Positions 27,170 through 37,219 are shown, counted from the stretch's first letter. The stretch: DNA of 64,000 bases from an uncultured Solirubrobacterales bacterium (GCA_963743285.1 CAVUPF010000006.1:6076-70075), one strand, 5' to 3'. Translations and numbers: made by a program. The notes: generated by a model not told the origin, from the letters alone.

Positions 27170-28675
27170 TTATCTCGCTTGCTCCGTCAAAGTCGCCTCT
27201 CCCCGCCCACGCGCACCGCCGGCATTGCTCTCTTGTGCCTGTCGGGTGTCGCCTGACACGGCCGGCACGACCGCGATCGCGGTCGCGGTGAGCCCTGCGG
27301 CGATCCAGAACGCGAGGTGATAGCCGCTGGTGAGCGCCGCGGCGGTGGACTGGCCGTGCGCGAGCAGGTGCTCGCTGCGCGAGGCGGACAGCGTGGCGAG
27401 TACCGCCAGTCCGAGCGCGCCGCCGACCTGCGCGGTCGTATTGACCAGGCCGGAGGCGAGACCGGCGTCTCGCGGGTCGGTGCCGGACATGGCGACGTTC
27501 ATCAGCGCGGGGAAGCACACGCCCGCGCCGATGCCGAGCAGCAGCATCGAGGGCATCACGTGGGCGAAATAGCTGCCGTGGACGGGCGCCTGCGCGAACA
27601 GGACGAGCGCGAACACGATCAGCACCAGTCCGGGCACGAGCGTGTTGCGTGCCCCGAAGCGTGTCACCAGGCGCTCGGAGTAGCGGATCGAAAGGGTTCC
27701 CATCGTGAGCGTGACGGGCAGGAACGCGAGCCCGATTTGCAGCGCGTCGTAGCCGAGCACGCGCCGCAAGTACAGCGCGCCGAGGAAGAACATCCCAAAC
27801 ATCCCCGCCACGCACAGCACCTGGATGGCGTTTGCCGTGGCGACATTGCGTGAGCGGAAGATCCGCAGCGGCACCAACGGGTTGCGCGCGGTCGCCTCGC
27901 GCGCGAAGAAGCAAGCCAACAGCACGACCGAGAGGCCGCCGAGCGTGAGCGTGCTCCCCGCCCCCCAGCCGGATTCAGCGGCGGGCTTGACAATCGTGTA
28001 GACGCCCAGCATCAGCGCGGAGGTGATCAGCACCGCGCCAGGGATGTCCGCGCCCTCGCCGAAGCCGATGCCCGCGTCGCGCTCGAGCAGGCGTGTGGCA
28101 AACACCGCCGTTGCGATCCCGATGGGGATGTTGACGAAGAAGATCCAGTGCCAGTCGATCGACTGCGTGATCACCCCGCCGGCGAGCAGGCCGACCGAGC
28201 CCCCGGCGGAGGCGACGAACGCGTAGACGCCGATCGCCTTGGCCTGCTCGCGTGGGTCGGGGAACATCGTGACGATCATCCCGAGGATCACCGCGGAGGT
28301 CATCGCGCCGCCGATGCCCTGGACGAAGCGGGCGGCGATCAGCAGCGTCTGGCTCTCCGCCAGGCCGCACAGCAGCGAGGCGGTGGTGAACAGGCCGATT
28401 CCCGCCAGGAAGATGCTGCGGCGTCCGATCAGGTCGCCGAAGCGCCCGGCCAGCAGCAACAACCCACCGAAGGCGATCAGGTAGGCGTTGATCACCCACG
28501 CGAGGCTCGATGTTGAGAAGTGCAGGTCGTCCTGGATCGAGGGCAGCGCTACGTTGACGACGGTCACGTCGAGCACGATCATCAGCATTCCCACGCACAG
28601 CACATACAGCGCGACCCAGCGCTCGTCGCGGGGCGCGGCTTCAGCGTGGAGCTGCTCGTCGGCGACTGCGTTCAT
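27170..28675 (-). CDS. MFS transporter, DHA2 (14-TMS, EmrB/QacA-like) drug:H+ antiporter
   Basis: LDVTVVNVALPSI and GRFGDLIGRR motifs. About 14 hydrophobic segments. Confidence 0.9.
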   Translation of the reverse strand: MNAVADEQLHAEAAPRDERWVALYVLCVGMLMIVLDVTVVNVALPSIQDDLHFSTSSLAWVINAYLIAFGGLLLLAGRFGDLIGRRSIFLAGIGLFTTASLLCGLAESQTLLIAARFVQGIGGAMTSAVILGMIVTMFPDPREQAKAIGVYAFVASAGGSVGLLAGGVITQSIDWHWIFFVNIPIGIATAVFATRLLERDAGIGFGEGADIPGAVLITSALMLGVYTIVKPAAESGWGAGSTLTLGGLSVVLLACFFAREATARNPLVPLRIFRSRNVATANAIQVLCVAGMFGMFFLGALYLRRVLGYDALQIGLAFLPVTLTMGTLSIRYSERLVTRFGARNTLVPGLVLIVFALVLFAQAPVHGSYFAHVMPSMLLLGIGAGVCFPALMNVAMSGTDPRDAGLASGLVNTTAQVGGALGLAVLATLSASRSEHLLAHGQSTAAALTSGYHLAFWIAAGLTATAIAVVPAVSGDTRQAQESNAGGARGRGEATLTEQAR

Positions 28676-29142
28676 GCCCCATCTCCCGCGCTCTCGACGT
28701 GGGTTGCGAGCGTGTCCAGCAGCTCGCGCGTGCCGTGCTCGCGCTCGGCGGGCGTGTCGAGTCCGTCGAGGAACACGCCCTGCTCGGTCATCGTCAGCTT
28801 CGTTCCCGTGCCCGCCGCCTCGAACTCTACGGTCGCCACCGAGACCGAGATGCGCGCGTCGTCGCGATACATCTCATACGTGTGGATGAACCGCTCGCCC
28901 TCGACGATGTCCTGGTAGCGGGTGGCGAACGTGTAGAGCGCGCCGTCAGGTGCCTGCACGGTTATGCGCTCGATTCCGTCCACGCGGAACTCGAGCTCGT
29001 GCTCTGGCTTTGTCAGCACGCGTGGGCCGAACCACCGTAGCTTCTCCTCGGGGTCCGCCCACGCCCTCCACACCCGCGAAGGCGCGGCCTCGTAAATCCG
29101 CTCGATCACGAAGGTGGCGTAGTTGGTCGATCTGTCGCTCAT
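28672..29142 (-). CDS. SRPBCC (Aha1/START-like) domain protein
   Basis: Starts at MSDRST. Contains FVIERIYEAAPSRVWRAWADPEEKLRWFGP. 4-nt overlaps with both neighbouring genes. Confidence 0.85.
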   Translation of the reverse strand: MSDRSTNYATFVIERIYEAAPSRVWRAWADPEEKLRWFGPRVLTKPEHELEFRVDGIERITVQAPDGALYTFATRYQDIVEGERFIHTYEMYRDDARISVSVATVEFEAAGTGTKLTMTEQGVFLDGLDTPAEREHGTRELLDTLATHVESAGDGA

Positions 29143-29504
29143 TGCTTGCTCCTTTTCGGTGGTTCGTCGGGGTGCTCGGCGAGGTACTCGCCGAGGCGGT
29201 CGAGGCTTTCCTCCCAAGCGGTGCGCCGCTCGGCGATCCATCCCTCCGCGGCCCGCAGCGCGACGGGCTCGATGGCGCAGGTGCGAACCCGGCCCAGCTT
29301 CTCCGAGTGGACGAGGCCGCTGGCCTCGAGCACGTGTAGGTGCTGGACGACGGCGGGCAGCGACATGTCCAGCGGGCGGGCGAGCTCGCTGACGGACGCC
29401 GGTCCACGGGTCAGGCGGTCGACCATCGCCCGCCGGCTGGGATCGGCGAGTGCTTGGAAGAGAAGGTCGACCTCCCGGTCAGCAGGTTCGCATTGCTTAA
29501 GCAA
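29139..29504 (-). CDS. ArsR/SmtB family transcriptional regulator
   Basis: LFQALADPSRRAMVDRLTRGPASVSELARPLDMSLPAVVQHLHVLEASGLV. TTG start. Confidence 0.9.
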   Translation of the reverse strand: MLKQCEPADREVDLLFQALADPSRRAMVDRLTRGPASVSELARPLDMSLPAVVQHLHVLEASGLVHSEKLGRVRTCAIEPVALRAAEGWIAERRTAWEESLDRLGEYLAEHPDEPPKRSKQ

Positions 29505-29506
29505 TG
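29491..29506. promoter_or_regulatory. perfect 16-bp palindrome at the arsR start (candidate operator)
   Basis: CATTGCTTAAGCAATG overlaps the TTG start codon of the ArsR gene. A further CTTAAG lies 4 nt beyond it. Confidence 0.5.
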
Positions 29507-29829
29507 ACTTAAGTATTGCACAGGTGTACCGACGGTGGCGAACTCGAAACGGACAACGCCCGCATAACGTCTCGCGAGGCCCGCCCCGGCACGGATGCGA
29601 GCACCAAGATGCCGACCCACCGCGTGCCCGGTTTGGACGACGAGCAGGGCCGCGGTGTTCCCCGTAGCACAGACCTGTTTCGCTGTCGCGGCGAGGGTCC
29701 CGTGCAGTCTGTTCTGGGCGAGCCTGCGCACGGTCGCTGAGCCGAAGCCTCTAGCGCCGCGGTGACGATTGCCGAAGCGTTACGAGGTCCGTGAGCACTC
29801 CTTGCAGATCGATCTCGCAGGCCGGTGCG

Positions 29830-31296
29830 CTACGCCGCAATCGGCGGTCCGAACCAGATGGTCAGCGCTTCAGGGAGTCCGAGGTGGGTTCGGTCTCCGA
29901 CCCAGGCAACGTATCCGTCGGGCCGGATTAATACGGCAGTGGGAGCGGTGACCGCGCCAAGTACCGGAAGCTCCCACAGGCCGACATACTCGGCATCGAC
30001 CAGTTGGACCCGATCAGCCCACGGAGTGATGTCAAAGCCGCCGGGCTCACCGAGGTTGAGCAGCACCGGCTTGGCGTCGTGCAGCAGGGTGAAGACCCGC
30101 AGCGGGCCGTCGGCGGTCACAAGGTCCAGATCGGGCATGCGGCGTCCGAGCAGGGGGTGGCCCTCGCCGAGGTCGTAATGAATGTCCAGCCCGGAGATGA
30201 TCCCGGCAAGCCGTTTGCGAGGCTCGTCCATGCTCGCCAGCTCCGACACCACATCGACCAGGGCCTTGATGCGCTCGTCCTGGCGCTGGAGCGCGCCCTG
30301 AGCCATCGTGTGCTGAAGCGCGCGGGCAGCGACCGGGTGGCGCTCGTCCTGATACGTATCCAGGAGGCTCTCGGGTGAGGTCCCGTTGACCACCTGAGCC
30401 AGCTTCCAGCCCAGATTCACCGCATCCTGCACACCGAGGCTGAGGCCCTGTCCACCCGCCGGGTAATGCACGTGCGCGGAGTCGCCGGCGAGTAGGACCC
30501 GTCCCTCGCGGTAGGCCGCTGCCTGACGTGTCATGTCGGTGAACCTGGAGATCCACGTGGGCTTGTGGATCCCGAAGTCGGTGCCGTACACGGCGATCAG
30601 CGCCGCGCTTAGATCGCGCAGGGTGGGCTCGGTGCTCGGCCCGAGCTGTTGCTCGGTCACGACGACCCGCACCGTCCTCCCGTCCTCCATCGTGTGGAGG
30701 GCGTGGACGCCGGTGGCGTCGTGGCGAATGCCCCGCGGCGGTTCCTCGGTCACCTCGACCTCGGCGATCAGGTTGCTCCTGGTCGGATCCCACCCCGGGA
30801 ACTCGATGCCGGCTGCTTTACGGATGACGCTGCGTCCTCCGTCGCACCCGACGAGATACTGCGCCCGCAGCGACTGGTCGTCGGACAGCTTGACGTCGAC
30901 GCCGGTGTCGTCCTGCGCGAAGCCTTTCACCTCATATCCGTAATAGATCCGTACCGGCAGCTCGGCGATCCAGGCGGCCATGATCCGCTCGATCTGGTTC
31001 TGCCAGATCCCGAGCGAATACGGATGACGCGTCGGGAAGTCGCTCATGTCCAACACGGTCGTGGCGATCATCGCGGCCTGAGCCACCTGACCCTCCGCGA
31101 GAAAGCGATCAGCGACCCCACGCTGATCCAGCACCTCGATCGTGCGCGAGTGAAAACCGCCGGCCCGTGAGCCGACGAGCACGTGATTGGGACGCCGCTC
31201 GACGACCGCGACCTCGACCTTCGCCAACGCCAACTCAGCCGCCAGCATCATCCCCGCCGGGCCGCCTCCGGCGATCACCACCGCATGCTCGGTCAT
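29830..31296 (-). CDS. FAD-dependent aromatic monooxygenase, rifampin monooxygenase (Rox)-like
   Basis: Starts at MTEHAVVIAGGGPAGMMLAAELALA. Contains YLVGCDGGRSVIRK and LLAGDSAHVHYPAGGQGLSLGVQDAVNLGWKLA. The ~490-aa length and C-terminal thioredoxin-like tail fit Rox/RIFMO as I recall it. Confidence 0.85.
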   Translation of the reverse strand: MTEHAVVIAGGGPAGMMLAAELALAKVEVAVVERRPNHVLVGSRAGGFHSRTIEVLDQRGVADRFLAEGQVAQAAMIATTVLDMSDFPTRHPYSLGIWQNQIERIMAAWIAELPVRIYYGYEVKGFAQDDTGVDVKLSDDQSLRAQYLVGCDGGRSVIRKAAGIEFPGWDPTRSNLIAEVEVTEEPPRGIRHDATGVHALHTMEDGRTVRVVVTEQQLGPSTEPTLRDLSAALIAVYGTDFGIHKPTWISRFTDMTRQAAAYREGRVLLAGDSAHVHYPAGGQGLSLGVQDAVNLGWKLAQVVNGTSPESLLDTYQDERHPVAARALQHTMAQGALQRQDERIKALVDVVSELASMDEPRKRLAGIISGLDIHYDLGEGHPLLGRRMPDLDLVTADGPLRVFTLLHDAKPVLLNLGEPGGFDITPWADRVQLVDAEYVGLWELPVLGAVTAPTAVLIRPDGYVAWVGDRTHLGLPEALTIWFGPPIAA

Positions 31297-31394
31297 AGCC
31301 ACACTCCCGTCGGATACGTCGACAACAACACACACATTTCGCGACTCCCAACTCCGTAGGTTCTGGTCTCGGCCGGCGGTTATACAGCACGGCC

Positions 31395-31415
31395 CGGGGC
31401 TTCATGAAGGCCCCG
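31395..31415. promoter_or_regulatory. GC-rich inverted repeat upstream of the Rox-like gene
   Basis: CGGGGC-TTCATGAA-G-GCCCCG lies ~100 nt upstream of the start. On the coding strand it is immediately followed by a TATAAC -10-like hexamer. Confidence 0.45.
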
Positions 31416-31725
31416 TGTGTGGTATAAATTAGAGGTGGAGGGGAGCGGGTAACCACCTTTTCACCTTCGGCAGGTCTTGGTCCGCGTCGCCCGACTAGAC
31501 CTCTTCGGATGGATCTGGCAGCTCAGCCGTGAGGCCCTGCTTGCGTTCGACGACGAGCATTTTGGCCAGCTGGACACAGGCCCTGCTCAACGCGGAAAGG
31601 ATGCGCGCCTCGCGTAGCGAGTGAGACGCCCGAGTTGGACGAGAGCGGAGCTGAAGGCGAAGTCGAACATGCCCCTCCTGTCGTCTGCAGAGGCGCGGCA
31701 GGCCATGGGCTGGGTGCGATGGGTG

Positions 31726-33072
31726 TCAGAGCGTGTTAAAGCATCCGTAGACGATGTACAGCGGGTTGGCGACGCTGTGCCCCTGAGCGTCGAGCATCGT
31801 CGGACCGCCGATGAACGCGGGCGGGGACTGGGCCTTGTAGCAGCCGTCGTATTCCACGCTCACGTCATACTCGACAGAGGTCGCGTCAAACGGCACCGAA
31901 TGCGCTTGCGGCAGGTAGACGTTGAGGCTGCAGTTCCAGTCCCCCGGCCCAACCGCCTTCGTGGCCCGGCGGTTGCAGTTGGGGAGGATGTCGAGCTTTG
32001 CTCCGGCCGGAACCTGCCGCCCGATCAGCTCCTGCTGTAGAAGCGACAGGTTGTTGAACTCTGCCCCGATGGCTGCGCTGAGGCGGTGGTCCGTGTCTCC
32101 GGTGGGACCGACGTTGGCGAGCAGGGCGAGCACCGCGACGACCGCAGCGGTGATTGCCACCGCCCGGATGGGGGTGCGCCAGTCGGGCCCGCGGTCCACC
32201 GTGCTCGCCAGGAAGTCGCGGCGTCTGAGGATCCTCCAGCTCGCGGTGATGCAAACGGCGATCCAGGCGACGCTCACGAGGCTCGAGATCACGAGGGGGC
32301 CGTAGAAGCGGTGCGTGGTGAACAGGCCGTGCCAGCCCGCGAACGCCGATCCGATCAGGAGCAGATGCACGATCACGCCCTTGCCGATCAGGTCCAGCAG
32401 CTGGGTGAGTAGCGCCACGAACAGCGGGCCAAGCACGCCGACGATCCCGTTGCGCGTCGCGACCGAGAACAGGATCGCGACGCTCGTGTACGCAAGCGCC
32501 GGCAGCAAACACAGGATCCAGCTGAGCAGAGTCAGGGCAACCAGCTCGCCAGGGGGGGTGGGCACACCGCTCAGGTCGACGAGCGAGTGCGCGCCCATGA
32601 ACAGGATCCCTGCGATCAGGCTCGAGAGCGCCAGCAGCAGGGTGAGCGCGACGGTGAGCGTCCCGGCGGCGAGAAGCTTGGCGACGTAGAGGTCGGTGCG
32701 GGTGCAGGAGCGGGTGAGGATCGTCTTCCAGGTCCCGTGCCGGTCCTCCGAGGCGAACAGGTCCCCCCCGAGCAGTCCGGCGATCGCCGGCAGCCCCCAG
32801 TTCCCGGCGAAGCCGAGGATCACGAGCGAGACCGCGAATCCGGAGGAGTGCACCCAAACGCCGAACAGCGCGTCTGAGGGAGTGCCGCTCTGCACCTTCA
32901 GCACCGCCGCGAACGCGAACGGGCCGGCGATGCAGACGATCACCAGCAGCCGGCTGACCAGCTGGGCGCCCAGCTTCTGCAGCTCGGTCCGGAAGGCGTT
33001 CCAGATCGGGTCCTCCCCGCCGAGTGGCAGCGAAACCCCGGCCGCGGGCGCTTCGGGTGCGATCGTGCTCAT
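31726..33072 (-). CDS. ABC-2 type transporter permease with C-terminal extracytoplasmic domain
   Basis: Six hydrophobic segments followed by a ~110-aa Cys-containing soluble tail. Its start abuts the upstream ATPase gene (shared base at 33072). Confidence 0.8.
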   Translation of the reverse strand: MSTIAPEAPAAGVSLPLGGEDPIWNAFRTELQKLGAQLVSRLLVIVCIAGPFAFAAVLKVQSGTPSDALFGVWVHSSGFAVSLVILGFAGNWGLPAIAGLLGGDLFASEDRHGTWKTILTRSCTRTDLYVAKLLAAGTLTVALTLLLALSSLIAGILFMGAHSLVDLSGVPTPPGELVALTLLSWILCLLPALAYTSVAILFSVATRNGIVGVLGPLFVALLTQLLDLIGKGVIVHLLLIGSAFAGWHGLFTTHRFYGPLVISSLVSVAWIAVCITASWRILRRRDFLASTVDRGPDWRTPIRAVAITAAVVAVLALLANVGPTGDTDHRLSAAIGAEFNNLSLLQQELIGRQVPAGAKLDILPNCNRRATKAVGPGDWNCSLNVYLPQAHSVPFDATSVEYDVSVEYDGCYKAQSPPAFIGGPTMLDAQGHSVANPLYIVYGCFNTL

Positions 33073-34031
33073 TACCCGGCCAGCACCGCCTCGGCCAGCT
33101 CCTCCGGCCCCAGCCCGTCGATTGGGGCGCCCTCGGAGGTGAGGGCGAAGAACATCGTCTCCAGCGGGTTCACGAGCAGGTCGAGACGCCGGATCGCCAC
33201 ACGCGCATCCCCTAGCGCCAACACGAACTCGTCCAGGCGGTCCGATTCGACGGTAAGCGCCAGATCTCCCCGGCGCGAGCGCCCGGCTCGCACTCCGGCG
33301 TGGTCCTCGGCGATGCGCAGCGCCTGCTCGTCGTCGCTGGTCACAAGCGCGTACGTCGACGCCGGCGCCTGTGCGATCAGTTGCCCGGCCGAGCCGTCCC
33401 AGACGACCCGCCCCTCGCGCATCACGGTGTAGGCGTCGCAGACCCGCTCGAGCTCCCCGATCTGGTGGCTGGAGAGCAGCATGGCGACGCCCTCGGCGGC
33501 CAACTCGCGCACCAGCGATGCGACCGCCTGCGTTCCCGCCGGGTCGAGCCCGCTCGTCGGCTCGTCCAGTAGCAGCAGGCGCGGTGAGCGCAGCAGCGCG
33601 GCGGCGAGCCCGAGCCGCTGACGCATCCCGGTCGAATAGCCGGCCACGCGGTCATCGCCCCGGCGCTCCAGACCTACACGGGCGAGGGCGTCCTCGACGG
33701 CGCCCGCGGTCGGGCCGCTGTCCAGCCTCGCCAGGAGGGAGAGGTTCGCGGCCCCGGACAGGTACGGGTAGAAGGCCGGCTCCTCGACGAACCCACCAAC
33801 TTCCTTGATGGCCTCGCCGCCGAGCCCGTCGAACGCCCGCCCCAGCAGCTCGACGCTGCCCGCATCCGGGTTGATCAGTCCGAACAGCATCCGCAGCAGC
33901 GTCGTCTTGCCCGCGCCGTTCGGGCCGAGTAGGCCCCGCACCTGTCCTGGTGCGACCGCGATGTCGACGTCGTCAACCGCGGTGATCGCCCCGAAACGCT
34001 TAACCAATCCGCTCGCTCGGACCGCGTCCAC
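33072..34031 (-). CDS. ABC transporter ATP-binding protein
   Basis: Walker A is GPNGAGKTT, the signature is YSTGMRQRL and Walker B is LLLLDEP. Confidence 0.92.
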   Translation of the reverse strand: MDAVRASGLVKRFGAITAVDDVDIAVAPGQVRGLLGPNGAGKTTLLRMLFGLINPDAGSVELLGRAFDGLGGEAIKEVGGFVEEPAFYPYLSGAANLSLLARLDSGPTAGAVEDALARVGLERRGDDRVAGYSTGMRQRLGLAAALLRSPRLLLLDEPTSGLDPAGTQAVASLVRELAAEGVAMLLSSHQIGELERVCDAYTVMREGRVVWDGSAGQLIAQAPASTYALVTSDDEQALRIAEDHAGVRAGRSRRGDLALTVESDRLDEFVLALGDARVAIRRLDLLVNPLETMFFALTSEGAPIDGLGPEELAEAVLAG

Positions 34032-34267
34032 GCACGGAGCCTACGAGGAGCCAGGAACGCGGATGTAACGCGCCTGTGAATGCGGTGACGAGTTTGTGAA
34101 GGGAACGTAACGGTCACACTAAGGACGCGAAATTTTCACACTACTTTTAACCGTCTGGTAACCGCTGCAACCTGGACGCGGGTACGGTGGTTTCGAATCA
34201 GCGCCCCAGCGGTTCGACCGGCTAACCACAGTAAAGACCACGCGTCTACACGAGGAGGCGACCACCT

Positions 34268-37165
34268 ATGGCCAGCTCGTTTCCAACTCTTACACTTCGT
34301 ACGCGACTGAGTGTCCGGCACAGGCGCTTGGGCGCCGTCGCAGTCCTCCTCGTCGCGTTCTTGGGGGTTGTGGGCGCCGCCTCGGCTGCCATCGGGGGCT
34401 TCAACCCGTTTGGCAGCGAGGAAGTCGGCCAAACCTACAACGGCGCGCTGCTGCTACCCACGAACCAGTGGATCTCGTCGATCGGGACGAGGATCGAAGA
34501 TCCGAAGGGGCGGATCGAGTCGAGTACGCTCAGCCCCAACGGCGAATACATGGCAGCACTTACCTGGCACGAGTTCACCGGCTACCTGACGATCTTCGAC
34601 CTCAAGACGGGCAAAATCGTTCAGGAAGAAGGCGCCTACCCCAACACCCTCGATCCTGCGGCCGGAGAACCGGGCGAAGAGGTCGCCGCCGACGGCCCCT
34701 TCTACTCGCCGGACGGAAAGACGCTGTGGGTCCCCCAGACGGGCGACATCGCCAAGTTCACGGTCGATCCGGAAACCGGCATGGTATCGGAAAAGGTCAT
34801 CATTTCGATGCCGAAGGCCGCCAACGGCCCCGCACCGGAATACAGCACCGAAGCGACCCATCCCGGCGAAGCCCTGCCGTCGGGCATGGCGCTCTCACCC
34901 GATGGCAGCAAGCTCTACGTCGCCCTGAACGGATCGAATGCGCTCGGCGTGATCAACACCTCGACGGATGAAGTCGAAAAGGAAATCCCCGTCGGCAACG
35001 CGCCGCGTCAGGTCGTGCTGGACGGCAACTCCGCCTACGTCTCAAACGAGGGCGGCCACCCCGCGATGCCGGGCGAAACGACCAACCTCTCCGACGGCAC
35101 CCCGATCGTCTCCAACCCGGTCACCGGAGCTGCCACAAGCGGCACGGTCTCGGTCGTCAACCTCACCACGGATAAGCAGGAAAAGGAAATCCCGGTTGGA
35201 CTTGAGCCGACCGCTCTCTACCAGGACGGCCCGGCGCTGTTCGTCGCCAACTCGAACGACGACAGCATCTCGCTGATCGACACGGCGTCAAACAGCGTCG
35301 TGCAGACTGAGAGCACCAATCCCTTGCCGGGCGCCAAGGTGGGCAGCTATGCAAACGCGATCACGATGCCCGATCCCGACCACGTGCTGGTCAGCATCGG
35401 CCGCGACAATGCGATCGCCGTCTACGGCTACAGAGGCCTCACGAGAGAGCACGGGCACTGGCACAGAGGTCGCGGAAGTGCGACGAGGCCGCTTGAGTTC
35501 GAGGGTCTGCTGCCGACCGACTGGTACCCCGTCGAGGTGCAGCCCGACCCGACGCTCGGGACCGGGGACATCGTCGTCACCAACGCCAGGGGCATCGGTG
35601 ACCGCGGCCCGCAGGCGAAGATCTGCAAGGGCCCGGAAACCTCCCCGGCCACCGAATGCGCGAAAGGCTATAACACCTACGACGAGACCGGCACTGTGAC
35701 CACGTTCAAGATGCCGTCCGAAGGTGAACTGGTGCAGGACACCAAGACTGTCTTCACCGACAACGACTGGAACAACGTCCCCGCCATCAACAGCGGCGCG
35801 GGCGACACCGTTCCGAAGGTGATCCCGAGGAAGAGCGGCGGGCATTCACCGATCAAGCACATCTTTGTGATCGTCAAGGAGAACCGAACCTATGATCAAG
35901 TGTTTGGCGACCTTGGCGAGGGCAACGGCGACCCCGAACTCGCACAGTTCGGCGAAAATATCACACCCAACCAGCACGAGCTCGCCAAGCGGTTCGGCGA
36001 CCTCGACAACTTCTACGATGAGCCCACGCTGTCAGCCGACGGGCACAACTGGATCGTGCAGGCTGAGGCCAACGACTACATCGAAAAGGAGTTCGGAGCT
36101 TTCTACCGCTCATACCCCGCAGAAGGTGGCGACGCGCTCGGCTACCAACGTGACGGTTTCCTCTGGAATGCGGCCGAGAGGGCGGGGCTGAGCGTCAGGG
36201 TATTCGGTGAGTACAACCGGTACATAACCGGACCCGGCAACGGCGGCGACTGGAAAGAATGGTACGAAGACTCACAGATCCTCGAAGGAAAGAAGGAAGG
36301 GCCGTTACCGATCCCGACCACCGAGTACAAGACCAGCTCCGACATCCCGTCGCTGAATAAAATCACCGACCACTCCTACCCGAGATTCGACCTCGAAATC
36401 CCCGACCAGTACCGGTTCGACATCTGGAAGGCCGAATTCGAACACGAGGAAGAAGCTAACGCTGTTCCGAACCTGACGCTGATCTGGCTGCCCGACGACC
36501 ACACCGGCGGTGCGCCGGACCCGGTGGCCGAGGCGGCCGACAACGACCTTGCGCTAGGTCGGATCGTGGAAACGATCTCCCACAGCAAGGCGTGGAAGGA
36601 GTCGGCGATCTTCGGCGTCGAGGACGACACGCAGAACGGAGTCGATCACGTCGACGGGCACCGCGGACCGGCGTTCGTGATCAGCCCGTACTCCAAGGGC
36701 GGCGTCGACGGCGAATACGCAACTCAGCCGAACATGGTCCGCACGGTCGAGCAGATCCTCGGGATCAAGCCGATGAACCAAGAGGACTACGCTGCCGAGC
36801 CGATGTACGGGGCCTTCACCGACAGGCCGAACTTCTCGCCCTATGCCGCCATTCCCAACAAAATCCCGCTGACACTCGGCGTGCCGGGCTACCCCTCGAC
36901 GGCGGTGGCGCAGACCGGCGGGCCTGTCGAGGGCGCGGTGCCGGCCTCTATGCAGAGCACCTATAAGGCCTGGATGAGCTGGAAGCGTGAGCAGGGTTTC
37001 CAGGGGCTGCATGGTAAGCCGGACTCGGCCAAATCGGTGCTGCTCAACCACTTCGACTGGTACTCCGCGCATGATTGGAAGGTGGCATACCCGGGCGACC
37101 CGAAGATCTACCTTCCGAACGAAGTGCCCGGTGGTAACCTCCCAGCCGCCTTGCTCGGTGGCTGA
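34268..37165 (+). CDS. secreted beta-propeller (YncE/lactonase-like) fused to a phosphoesterase (PLC/AcpA) domain
   Basis: GAGGAGG Shine-Dalgarno sequence and a signal peptide. The N-terminus has propeller-like repeats (GMALSPDGSKLYVALNGSNALGVINTSTDEV, PRQVVLDGNSAYVSNEG). The C-terminus has IKHIFVIVKENRTYDQVFGDL, WLPDDHTGG and EDDTQNGVDHVDGHR. Confidence 0.9.
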   Translation: MASSFPTLTLRTRLSVRHRRLGAVAVLLVAFLGVVGAASAAIGGFNPFGSEEVGQTYNGALLLPTNQWISSIGTRIEDPKGRIESSTLSPNGEYMAALTWHEFTGYLTIFDLKTGKIVQEEGAYPNTLDPAAGEPGEEVAADGPFYSPDGKTLWVPQTGDIAKFTVDPETGMVSEKVIISMPKAANGPAPEYSTEATHPGEALPSGMALSPDGSKLYVALNGSNALGVINTSTDEVEKEIPVGNAPRQVVLDGNSAYVSNEGGHPAMPGETTNLSDGTPIVSNPVTGAATSGTVSVVNLTTDKQEKEIPVGLEPTALYQDGPALFVANSNDDSISLIDTASNSVVQTESTNPLPGAKVGSYANAITMPDPDHVLVSIGRDNAIAVYGYRGLTREHGHWHRGRGSATRPLEFEGLLPTDWYPVEVQPDPTLGTGDIVVTNARGIGDRGPQAKICKGPETSPATECAKGYNTYDETGTVTTFKMPSEGELVQDTKTVFTDNDWNNVPAINSGAGDTVPKVIPRKSGGHSPIKHIFVIVKENRTYDQVFGDLGEGNGDPELAQFGENITPNQHELAKRFGDLDNFYDEPTLSADGHNWIVQAEANDYIEKEFGAFYRSYPAEGGDALGYQRDGFLWNAAERAGLSVRVFGEYNRYITGPGNGGDWKEWYEDSQILEGKKEGPLPIPTTEYKTSSDIPSLNKITDHSYPRFDLEIPDQYRFDIWKAEFEHEEEANAVPNLTLIWLPDDHTGGAPDPVAEAADNDLALGRIVETISHSKAWKESAIFGVEDDTQNGVDHVDGHRGPAFVISPYSKGGVDGEYATQPNMVRTVEQILGIKPMNQEDYAAEPMYGAFTDRPNFSPYAAIPNKIPLTLGVPGYPSTAVAQTGGPVEGAVPASMQSTYKAWMSWKREQGFQGLHGKPDSAKSVLLNHFDWYSAHDWKVAYPGDPKIYLPNEVPGGNLPAALLGG

Positions 37166-37188
37166 CTGAGATCTCGGGTCATTGTGGC

Positions 37189-37219
37189 GCCGGCCGCGCC
37201 GAAGCTTGGTGCGGCCGGT
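37189..37219 (+). terminator. stem-loop after the phosphoesterase gene
   Basis: GCCGGCCGCGCC-gaagctt-GGTGCGGCCGGT forms 12 bp including 2 G-U pairs. No U-tract. Confidence 0.45.
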
